Shown in pieces: positions 19,025 through 25,379 of a stretch of 32,000 nt of DNA (positions within the stretch are counted from its first letter, which is position 1; each line of letters starts with the position of its first letter). The position numbers and the translations under genes were made by a program. Origin of the DNA: Pyrobaculum calidifontis JCM 11548 (GTDB lineage: Archaea; Thermoproteota; Thermoprotei; Thermoproteales; Thermoproteaceae); assembly GCF_000015805.1 (NCBI RefSeq), contig NC_009073.1, positions 30,001 through 62,000 of the forward strand, written 5' to 3'. The notes beneath the pieces were generated by a model that saw only the letters and a list, made by a program, of their open reading frames with translations, was not told where the DNA came from and made no database searches.

Positions 19025-20083
19025 TTTACCATCGAAGTGCCCCCAGGCCACGCGGCGCTTGTAAAAGGCCCCGCAGAGGTCCTCTGCGCGGGCAAATGCG
19101 CCGTGTTCGGAGGCCACTTCGAGAGCTTCACAGTACCTCCCCACAAGCGGTACCCAGTGGAGGGCCCCGCCACGCTCAAGTTAAAAGGCGGCGAAGTCGC
19201 GCTAGTGGCCGAGCCGGCCATTCCGCCCGACTGGGCCCTCGAGGCGGTGGATGTGGTGGCCCTCGTGGGGCCCACAGACGCTGGGAAGAGTAGCTTGGCC
19301 ACATTCCTCCTCAACGTGCACGTGGCCAGGGGGAAGAGGGTGTGCGTAGTAGACGCAGACGTGGGCCAGTCCGACATAGGGCCCCCAGGCTTTGTGGCAT
19401 ATAGTTGCACCTCGGCGCAAGTTCCACACATCTCAGAGCTCAGCCCCTTAAACGCCTACTACGTAGGCGCCGCGAATCTACAGGGGCTTGAAGACCTCCT
19501 CGTGGCGGGGGTAGTGTGGGCGTTGAAGGAGGCCATGTCCACGTACCCCCACCTCGTCTTAATAAACACCCCTGGGTGGACCACTGGGAGGGGCTTGCAG
19601 TTGCTCAAGGCTTTGGCCGACGCCACAGCCGCCGAGGTTGTAAACATAGGCGAGAGGGTATTGCCCGGCGCCGTGGTGTCACGGCCGAAGTACGCCCTGC
19701 CCCGCGGCCCCCAAGAGAGGAAAGAGCTACGCGTCTACTCCTACAGACGCCACGTATCGCTGAGGGGAAAGGTCGCCGTAGAGCTCGACAAGCTTAGAAA
19801 CTGCGCGTGGGACAAAGGCCTGACCTGCCTCTGGGGCAGATACGTGGCCGCCGACGTGGAAGAGCCGGAGAAAAAAGGCAGGGAATACGCAGTGCCCTCG
19901 CACTACCTACGCCACATATTCGCCGCCTTGTACAAGGGCAAGAAGCTTGTGGGCTACGGCGTAGTAGAGAAGTTTGAGCCCAAGCCAACCCTTTACGCAT
20001 CGACGGAGGACTTCGACGAGGTTTGGATAGGCAAAATTAGGATAGACCCCCACACCCTAGAGGAGCTCGACCCACTCCCCTGA
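19022..20083 (+). CDS. Clp1/Grc3-family polynucleotide 5'-hydroxyl kinase
   Basis: The P-loop reads VALVGPTDAGKSSLATFLLN and is followed by VCVVDADVGQSDIGPPGFV. This matches the Clp1 Walker A plus the D-x-D-x-G-Q 'clasp' region. Confidence 0.8.
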   Translation: MFTIEVPPGHAALVKGPAEVLCAGKCAVFGGHFESFTVPPHKRYPVEGPATLKLKGGEVALVAEPAIPPDWALEAVDVVALVGPTDAGKSSLATFLLNVHVARGKRVCVVDADVGQSDIGPPGFVAYSCTSAQVPHISELSPLNAYYVGAANLQGLEDLLVAGVVWALKEAMSTYPHLVLINTPGWTTGRGLQLLKALADATAAEVVNIGERVLPGAVVSRPKYALPRGPQERKELRVYSYRRHVSLRGKVAVELDKLRNCAWDKGLTCLWGRYVAADVEEPEKKGREYAVPSHYLRHIFAALYKGKKLVGYGVVEKFEPKPTLYASTEDFDEVWIGKIRIDPHTLEELDPLP

Positions 20084-20107
20084 ACGCTTAAATAACGCCG
20101 GCCACTT

Positions 20108-21001
20108 GTGTACATGAGCAAGCCCGCCTCCGCAGTGCCGCTCTTCTTAGCCACGGCGTATCTCACAGCCCTCGTCCTCGACGTCGCCGCTCTAGAACTT
20201 GTCACCCCGGCGGCCAGCTCGCCCACGGGGCTCGCCGTGTGGGGGATTACAAGAATGTGGAGCGTGGCACTCGCAGTAGTCGTTGCTCTGTGGGCCGAGG
20301 GGAGGCTGAGAGAGCTGAAGGAGATAGTCGGCCTCTCGGGGAGGGTCCTCTTGCCCTATTTCTTCGCTCCCCTCGTCGTCTACGGGGCCTTGGGGATATA
20401 CATCGCGCTGGCGGCCCCCCTAGGCCTCTTCCAATTCCAGGCGTACATAGACGCAATAGCCAACGCGATTAGGCAATACCCAGTCCAAGACGCCGAGGCC
20501 TTGGCTAGAATCGTTGCGTATGCCCAAATCGCTGGGGCCTACATAGCCGCGGTTACAATAAACGCCGTAGTGGCGCTGGGAGAGGAAATAGGTTGGAGGG
20601 GCTACCTCTTCCGCAGACTAGGCGGCGAGGCCAATTTGCGCAACGTAGTGATAATAGGCGTGGTTTGGGGGCTGTGGCACGCGTCGGCCATACTGCTCCT
20701 AGGCTACAACTACTACTACAATAGGTGGCTGGGAGTGCCCCTCTTCACCGCGTTTACCACCGCCCTCACCTACCCCCTCCTCCTCTTCGCCAAGAACAGC
20801 GTCCTTCCCGCCGCGTCGCTACACGGCGCGGTGAATGCCCTCTGGCCCCTTACAGTGGCCGCGAGCTATCTGCCCCCAGAGGCTAGAGAGCTGTACCTCG
20901 GTATCGGCGCCCTGGGCATAGCCGCTTGGGCTCTCACCTCACTAGCCCTATACGCCGCCTACGCCAAAATACGCTCAGCCAAGCAAAACGTGCCGACTTA
21001 G
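20108..21001 (+). CDS. CPBP-family (CAAX/Abi) intramembrane glutamic protease
   Basis: The protein is polytopic. Motif 1 is GEEIGWRGYLF (EExxxR), motif 2 is WGLWH, and motif 3 is SLHGAVNAL (HxxxN). The start could be ATG 20114. Confidence 0.8.
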   Translation: MYMSKPASAVPLFLATAYLTALVLDVAALELVTPAASSPTGLAVWGITRMWSVALAVVVALWAEGRLRELKEIVGLSGRVLLPYFFAPLVVYGALGIYIALAAPLGLFQFQAYIDAIANAIRQYPVQDAEALARIVAYAQIAGAYIAAVTINAVVALGEEIGWRGYLFRRLGGEANLRNVVIIGVVWGLWHASAILLLGYNYYYNRWLGVPLFTAFTTALTYPLLLFAKNSVLPAASLHGAVNALWPLTVAASYLPPEARELYLGIGALGIAAWALTSLALYAAYAKIRSAKQNVPT

Positions 21002-21028
21002 CTTATAACTGCACACCCATTTTGGCCC

Positions 21029-21628
21029 ATGGACGCACTTCAACACCTCGTCGACTTTATCAAGAGGAAAAAACCCGACGAAGACCCAGTGGCGTATCTC
21101 TATAGACTGGTCGAGGAGACCCTAGACCCCAGCGAGCGCGTCGACTTCTACGTAGAGTCCTCCGAACACTTCTGGCGTGAGGGGCTCGAGCTAGTGGAAA
21201 AAGGCGAGTTGAGACAGGGAAGCGAGAAAATTTGGAACTCAGTGGTCCAATTAGTCAAAGCGGCCGCCGAAAAGAAGGGCCTTAAACACCACACCCACAG
21301 ACTCGTGTGGGCCACCGTTAGGAAAATAGCCATGGAACACGACCCCGAGACTATCACCCTCTTCGCTGCAATAGAACAACTCCACATAAACTTCTACGAA
21401 GGGCACTTAGACAAATGGGACGTGGAAAAGCTCACAGAAGCCGCGGCCAAGCTCAGAAAGGTGCTATTCGCGTACTCAATGCAAATAAGGCAGGACATGC
21501 GCAGTAAGATAATTCGCAGTACATCCTCACATCTTTTATTCCTCAACCCCCTCTCTACACCACGGAGATGTATCCTTAACTCGAACCGCATACGCCCCCT
21601 ACTTTCTCTACTGTATCTTGTAATATAA
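21029..21628 (+). CDS. PaREP1-family protein (possibly HEPN-like helical domain)
   Basis: The stretch ...FWREGLELVEKGELRQGSEKIWNSVVQLVKAAAEKKGLKHHTHRLVWATVRKIAMEH...LHINFYEGH resembles the Pyrobaculum PaREP1 family as I remember it. RKIAMEH fits an Rx4-6H pattern. The last ~50 aa are low-complexity and atypical. Confidence 0.6.
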   Translation: MDALQHLVDFIKRKKPDEDPVAYLYRLVEETLDPSERVDFYVESSEHFWREGLELVEKGELRQGSEKIWNSVVQLVKAAAEKKGLKHHTHRLVWATVRKIAMEHDPETITLFAAIEQLHINFYEGHLDKWDVEKLTEAAAKLRKVLFAYSMQIRQDMRSKIIRSTSSHLLFLNPLSTPRRCILNSNRIRPLLSLLYLVI

Positions 21629-21650
21629 AGACGTGGTGCCCCGGCCGGGA

Positions 21651-21667
21651 CTCTCAGGGGCTCCCCT
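21651..21667 (-). other. tRNA-Glu intron 3 (T-loop, 17 nt)
   Basis: The central helix is TTCA/TGAG (one G-U pair), the bulges are AA|A and AG|T, and the inner hairpin is GGGG-AG-CCCC. Excision restores TTCAAAT. Confidence 0.7.
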
Positions 21668-21691
21668 TTTGAACCCGGGTCATGGGCTCGA

Positions 21692-21709
21692 TTGGCCTGT
21701 AGCGTACAT
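21692..21709 (-). other. tRNA-Glu intron 2 (anticodon loop, non-canonical position between nt 34 and 35, 18 nt)
   Basis: The central helix is GGCC/GGCC, the bulges are TT|A and AA|T, and the inner helix is TGTA/TACA with loop CGC. Excision gives the loop CTTTCGA (anticodon TTC). A canonical 37/38 cut would give only 2 of 4 central base pairs. Confidence 0.7.
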
Positions 21710-21722
21710 AAGGCCCACATCC

Positions 21723-21738
21723 CTAGTCGGGCCTCCCT
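21723..21738 (-). other. tRNA-Glu intron 1 (D-loop, 16 nt)
   Basis: The central helix is GGTC/GACT, the bulges are AA|A and AG|G, and the inner hairpin is GGG-AGG-CCC. Excision leaves D-stem GTCT/GGAT and an 11-nt D-loop. Confidence 0.7.
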
Positions 21739-21782
21739 TTGACCGGGCTAGACTACCGGGGCTACATCTCCTGTACATCCCG

Positions 21783-21797
21783 CTTTATAAGTTTTTA
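21783..21797 (-). promoter_or_regulatory. TATA box (with upstream A-run) for tRNA-Glu
   Basis: The minus strand reads AAAAACTTATAAAGC, with the TATA centre about 25 nt upstream of tRNA position 1 (21762). Confidence 0.5.
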
Positions 21798-21853
21798 GCC
21801 GTGTGCGGCCGCTCGTCACTTCATACGTTCGCTCTTTGTTAACCGTTGCTAAA

Positions 21854-21861
21854 CTTATAAA
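21854..21861 (+). promoter_or_regulatory. TATA box for tRNA-Arg
   Basis: The sequence cttataaa is centred about 25 nt upstream of tRNA position 1 (21883). Confidence 0.5.
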
Positions 21862-21882
21862 CAACGAGTTCAAACATCGGTA

Positions 21883-21976
21883 GGGCCCGTAGCTCAGCCT
21901 GGATAGAGCGGCGGCCTGCGGAGCCGTAGGTCGTGGGTTCAGGCAAAGCCGCCCAAAAATCCCATCGGGCCCGCCA
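21883..21976 (+). tRNA. tRNA-Arg(GCG) with one BHB intron in the T-loop; CCA encoded
   Basis: The sequence reads GGGCCCG TA GCTC AGCCTGGATA GAGC G GCGGC CTGCGGA GCCGT AGGTC GTGGG TTC [AGGCAAAGCCGCCCAA] AAAT CCCAT CGGGCCC G CCA. The result is a 7-bp acceptor stem, anticodon GCG and T-loop TTCAAAT after excision. Confidence 0.9.
21941..21956 (+). other. tRNA-Arg T-loop intron (16 nt)
   Basis: The central helix is GGGT/GCCC (one G-U pair), the bulges are TC|A and AA|A, and the inner hairpin is GGC-AAA-GCC. The boundary can slide by 1 nt because of the flanking As. Confidence 0.7.
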
Positions 21977-22089
21977 GCGTCATTCTCTCAAATTGTACGT
22001 GGCCGACGTCGGCTTGTGTCAAGTTAGTTCTTCTAGTATATAAAGAGGAGTGTAAAGTACATTATTTAAGCAGATTGAATGTAGGACTC

Positions 22090-22194
22090 ATGTCGGAGGA
22101 GAGTAAGGAGAAGAAAGAGCATGAAAAGAAAGGTTTGAAAGTTGTGAAGAGGTACGAGACTTACATCACTGTTGTAAAGATGGAGGTTCTTTGA
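22090..22194 (+). CDS. Possible 34-aa Lys/Glu-rich micro-protein (MSEESKEKKEHEKKGLKVVKRYETYITVVKMEVL)
   Basis: The ATG lies about 24 nt downstream of the TATA-like attatttaag (22061-22070). The ORF sits in a low-GC patch. Its 3' end overlaps the convergent 103-aa ORF by 29 nt. Confidence 0.25.
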   Translation: MSEESKEKKEHEKKGLKVVKRYETYITVVKMEVL

Positions 22195-22477
22195 CGCATA
22201 GGAGTTTTAACAGGCCTTTTGTCAAGGTTTGGTATACCAAGCATTTTTCTTCCTGGCCTGTGCATTTTGTGGTACAAGTTATTTGGTAGCCTTCTATGTG
22301 GCATTCCATTTCAAATGGCTCGCCTGTGGCGTCTATGTACCGGGCCCCAATTCCATATGCCAGAGCCGCGAGCATGAGGTCTATGGGTCTTGCCCCGCGT
22401 ATGTCGATTTCTCTGTCTCCCACTACCACCTTGTCTCCTGTGAATTGTACCTTCAGCGTATGGCCCCTCTTGTGCAT
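22166..22477 (-). CDS. Small Cys-containing protein, weakly OsmC-like
   Basis: The stretches PIDLMLAALAYGIGARYI and ...EEKCLVYQTLTKG loosely resemble the OsmC/Ohr core (ELLLAALAAC ... CPV..TL). The ORF overlaps the upstream gene by 25 nt. It is visibly lower in G+C than its neighbours. Confidence 0.4.
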   Translation of the reverse strand: MHKRGHTLKVQFTGDKVVVGDREIDIRGARPIDLMLAALAYGIGARYIDATGEPFEMECHIEGYQITCTTKCTGQEEKCLVYQTLTKGLLKLLCVKEPPSLQQ

Positions 22478-23346
22478 ACCAGCGCGCAGGCGCTACAGCC
22501 CGTGCAAGTGGGGAGTATCTGTGGGTGGCCTGCCGGCGACGGCGTAATGGCGGGGCAGGCGGTTTTTAGGCATTCTCCGCATCGGTCGCAGAGCGCTGGG
22601 TCCACTGTGTATTTGCTGACCTTGGGGCTGTAGCCCACTGCCCGCCTTTCGAAGAGTTGGCAGGGGTCTCCCTCCTCGTTTAGTGCCACTACGTAGCCCC
22701 CCATCTTCACGACGGTCTCCGCCAGCTCGTCTCTTTGCTTGACTATGGCTATGACGGGGCCCGCCCTGTAGCCTCCCATTAAGACGCCCAGCGCTATTGC
22801 CCCGGCCTTGAGCGGGGGCAGATGCACGTCTACGACTTCTGCTACCTCTCTTGGGAGGTGCCATGTCGGCGTAACCATGTAGTCGGGCCCCGCGGGGGCT
22901 GTGGGCTTTAGTCTCACGTCGGAGATTACTATCGGCACGTCGTCTCTCATCTTCAAGAGGGTGTAGAGGCAGGACATTAGGGGGAGGAGCGGGTGGCCCA
23001 CTTTCGCCTCTTCGCCGCCTCTGGCCCACCTCCAGGGCCTCATGTAGTGCTTGTTGAATGTGGACACTCGGCGCGTTGTCGTCGGCGGGTCGGGGCCCTC
23101 GTAGCCCACAAGCGCGAGCTCTGCCTCGGACACGGCCACGGCCTCTTTTATGTCTCTGTGGCAGGGGAGGCCGGGCGGGCAAGGCTTTATGAGTAGAGCG
23201 CCCCAGACGGCCCCCTCGGCGGCTTTTAGCGCATTGGGGCTGGGCTCTGCGTGGACTAGGGCGCGTCTAAAGGTCATGGACAAGCCAACTCCAATGGCCA
23301 ACTTCTCGTCGTCGTCCCAGGGCCCCTCCACTATGAACTCCACCAC
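22453..23346 (-). CDS. Uncharacterised protein with a C-terminal 2x[4Fe-4S] ferredoxin domain
   Basis: The C-terminus reads CDRCGECLKTACP ... CTGCSACALVCTRGAI, two CxxCxxC(xxx)C(P) clusters. I do not recognise the ~230-aa N-terminal domain. Confidence 0.7.
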   Translation of the reverse strand: MVEFIVEGPWDDDEKLAIGVGLSMTFRRALVHAEPSPNALKAAEGAVWGALLIKPCPPGLPCHRDIKEAVAVSEAELALVGYEGPDPPTTTRRVSTFNKHYMRPWRWARGGEEAKVGHPLLPLMSCLYTLLKMRDDVPIVISDVRLKPTAPAGPDYMVTPTWHLPREVAEVVDVHLPPLKAGAIALGVLMGGYRAGPVIAIVKQRDELAETVVKMGGYVVALNEEGDPCQLFERRAVGYSPKVSKYTVDPALCDRCGECLKTACPAITPSPAGHPQILPTCTGCSACALVCTRGAIR

Positions 23347-23349
23347 GGC

Positions 23350-23769
23350 CTACTTAATCCTTAGCTTTATCAATAGTTTCTTCGTTGCCTCCTTCTCTGC
23401 GGGGAAGTGGTCGAGGGGCTTTGGGCCATTTACCTTTACCCATAGGCACTTCTCTGAGAGGTATATTTCGCCCGTCTTGAGGTTTAGGACGAGCGGGTAT
23501 ATTCTACAGGCGAGAGGCTTCTTCTCGTGGATAGTGCACTTGCCCTTGTAGAAGGGGCACCACCCTCTGATAATCCACTTGTACAACTTGACGCCGTTGT
23601 AGGAGCCTATTGGCTCAAACTCCAGCTTGACGCCTATCTTCTCTGCCTCGCGTTTGAGCACCTCTATCTCCTCCTCCAGCACCACTGGCATATCTTCGTA
23701 TGCCTCAAATTTGCAACAGTCGGCGGGGCACCCAATGGGGCATGTAAACACGTGGGGCTGTAGCCTCAT
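23350..23769 (-). CDS. YkgJ-family (UPF0153) Zn/Fe-chelating cysteine-cluster protein
   Basis: The N-terminus has CPIGCPADCC and the centre has WCPFYKGKCTIHEKKPLACRIYP. These are the hallmark Cys clusters of the YkgJ/FliB-like family. Confidence 0.7.
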   Translation of the reverse strand: MRLQPHVFTCPIGCPADCCKFEAYEDMPVVLEEEIEVLKREAEKIGVKLEFEPIGSYNGVKLYKWIIRGWCPFYKGKCTIHEKKPLACRIYPLVLNLKTGEIYLSEKCLWVKVNGPKPLDHFPAEKEATKKLLIKLRIK

Positions 23770-23947
23770 GGTTAAATACTTTGTATAATGTATTTTCGAC
23801 GTTATCTCATAGACTTAGAAATAACTATCCTTGTACTTTTGTAAACTAAATTGCCTCTAACACCTCTTGAATAAATTTTAAATATGGCCCTATCTCTTTT
23901 CAAATTATTAAAGAGAGGCATACGAATAATTAAAGAAAGAATTAAAT

Positions 23948-24016
23948 ATGTGCCACAAGTCTTCGCACATGAAGAAGGAGAAGAAGGAGGAGAAGAAAGA
24001 GGAGAAAAAGAAGTAA
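23948..24016 (+). CDS. Possible 22-aa Lys/Glu-rich micro-ORF (MCHKSSHMKKEKKEEKKEEKKK)
   Basis: An ATG-initiated ORF lies inside the A/T-rich spacer upstream of rpl14e. Its composition echoes the micro-ORF at 22090. There is no other support. Confidence 0.15.
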   Translation: MCHKSSHMKKEKKEEKKEEKKK

Positions 24017-24061
24017 CCCCCTTTTGTTAAGATTTAAAACCCCACCCTTTTTCCCCTTTCG

Positions 24062-24373
24062 ATGGTCAAGGTTATAGATGTGGGCAGGGTCGTAGTCAAA
24101 GTGTTGGGCAGAGAGGCTGGCAGAAAGGCGGTGGTAGTGGACATAGTCGACGAGAATTACGTGGTAATTACCGGCCCCAAGTCGCTGAGCGGCGTAAGGC
24201 GCAGGAGAGTGAACATAAACCACATCGAGCCCACAGACAAGAAGATTGAGATTAAGAAGGGCGCCTCTGACGAGGAGGTGCTTAAGGCGTTAGAGGCGGC
24301 AGGGCTTGTGGAGTACATGAAGGAGAGAGTAAAGCCGAAGCTGTTTGAAATTACTCCAGCCGACGTCAAGTGA
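24062..24373 (+). CDS. rpl14e: 50S ribosomal protein L14e (eL14)
   Basis: The KOW-like N-terminus reads [35 protein letters not shown] and is followed by [18 protein letters not shown]-like atttaaaa lies about 25 nt upstream. Confidence 0.9.
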   Translation: MVKVIDVGRVVVKVLGREAGRKAVVVDIVDENYVVITGPKSLSGVRRRRVNINHIEPTDKKIEIKKGASDEEVLKALEAAGLVEYMKERVKPKLFEITPADVK

Positions 24374-25371
24374 AGTGCGGCAGTAGGGAGGTTTTTGTAA
24401 AACTGGAGGAGGGGACGAATCCGCAGTGGGGCAAACCGCCGTCGAGTAGAAGCGCAGAGGAGCACATACGGTACTCTTTTCTCATTTTAGACAAGCCCAG
24501 GGGGCCGACTAGCCACGAGGTTGCGGCGTGGGTGAAGAAGATTTTGGGAGTGGAGAGGGCTGGGCACTCGGGCACTCTGGACCCGAAGGTGTCCGGTGTC
24601 CTTCCAGTGGCCGTGGCTGAGGGGACTAAGGTGCTTATGGCTTTGTCTAGGGCGGACAAGGTCTACATAGCCGTGGCCAAGTTCCACGGCGATGTAGACG
24701 TAGAAAATCTGCGGAGGGTGTTGCAGGAGCTTCAGGGGGAGATCTACCAGAAGCCCCCGCTCCGCTCCGCGGTGAAGAGGCAACTTAGAACGCGCCGGGT
24801 TTACTCCCTGGAGCTTTTGGAGCTTGACGGGAGGTACGCAGTGCTGAAAATGCACGTGGAGGCCGGCACCTATGCTAGAAAGCTTATCCACGACTTGGGG
24901 GAAATCTTGGGGGTTGGGGCAAATATGAGGGAGCTCCGCCGCGTGGCGGTCTCGTGTTTTACAGAGGACGAGGCCGTGACTCTGCAGGACTTGGCAGACG
25001 CGTACTACATTTGGAAGAAGTACGGCGATGATACATATCTCAGGAGGGTGTTGCTCCCAATAGAGGAGATAGCGAGACCTCTGCCCAAGATCTGGGTCCG
25101 CGACAGCGCCGTTGACGCCCTCTGCAACGGCGCCCCCCTCGCTGCACCCGGCGTGGCCAAGTTTGAACACCCGTTTAGCCGCGGCGACTTAGTGGCCTAT
25201 TTTACGCTTAAGGGCGAGCTCATAGGCATTGGAAGAGCGCTTGTCGACAGTGAGGAGGTTAAGAAAATGGAGAAGGGGCTTGTGGCGCGGACCGACCGGG
25301 TGGTCATGCCCCGCGGCACCTATCCGCCCATGTGGAGGCGAGGCGGTAAAAGCTTTAAAAGTGGCACCTAG
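24370..25371 (+). CDS. cbf5: tRNA/rRNA pseudouridine synthase Cbf5 (TruB family, H/ACA RNP catalytic subunit)
   Basis: The stretch [14 protein letters not shown]...[16 protein letters not shown] contains the catalytic Asp in GTLDP. A C-terminal PUA-like segment reads [27 protein letters not shown] overlap links it to rpl14e. Confidence 0.9.
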   Translation: MKCGSREVFVKLEEGTNPQWGKPPSSRSAEEHIRYSFLILDKPRGPTSHEVAAWVKKILGVERAGHSGTLDPKVSGVLPVAVAEGTKVLMALSRADKVYIAVAKFHGDVDVENLRRVLQELQGEIYQKPPLRSAVKRQLRTRRVYSLELLELDGRYAVLKMHVEAGTYARKLIHDLGEILGVGANMRELRRVAVSCFTEDEAVTLQDLADAYYIWKKYGDDTYLRRVLLPIEEIARPLPKIWVRDSAVDALCNGAPLAAPGVAKFEHPFSRGDLVAYFTLKGELIGIGRALVDSEEVKKMEKGLVARTDRVVMPRGTYPPMWRRGGKSFKSGT

Positions 25372-25379
25372 ATAGGGTT

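Larger units (their letters stand above)
21634..21762 (-). tRNA. tRNA-Glu(UUC) with three BHB introns (D-loop, anticodon loop, T-loop); CCA encoded
   Basis: The minus strand reads GCCCCGG TA GTCT AGCCCGGTCAA [AGGGAGGCCCGACTAG] GGAT G TGGGC CTT [ATGTACGCTACAGGCCAA] TCGA GCCCA TGAC CCGGG TTCAAA [AGGGGAGCCCCTGAGAG] T CCCGG CCGGGGC A CCA. Removing the 16-, 18- and 17-nt inserts gives a 75-nt cloverleaf plus CCA, with a 7-bp acceptor stem, T-loop TTCAAAT and a 4-nt variable loop. Each insert folds into helix / 3-nt bulge / 4-bp helix / 3-nt bulge / helix. Confidence 0.85.

Noticed and set aside
21394-21842. 108-aa (-) and 69-aa (+) ORFs across 21394-21842
   Set aside because: They overlap the tRNA-Glu gene and its promoter. 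The region is fully explained by the tRNA and its introns.
22757-22765. 9-nt match (gggcccgcc) to the tRNA-Arg 3' end as a possible att direct repeat bounding an integrated element
   Set aside because: It is too short and too G+C-rich to be significant in this genome. It lies inside a conserved-looking Fe-S gene, and no integrase is present.
22493-23182. 229-aa Arg-rich ORF in an alternative minus-strand frame
   Set aside because: It lies entirely inside the 297-aa Fe-S protein gene in another frame. Its extreme Arg/Pro/Gly composition is typical of an off-frame G+C-rich read.
24487-25170. 227-aa ORF antisense to cbf5
   Set aside because: The Cbf5 reading has unmistakable TruB and PUA motifs. 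The antisense ORF has none.
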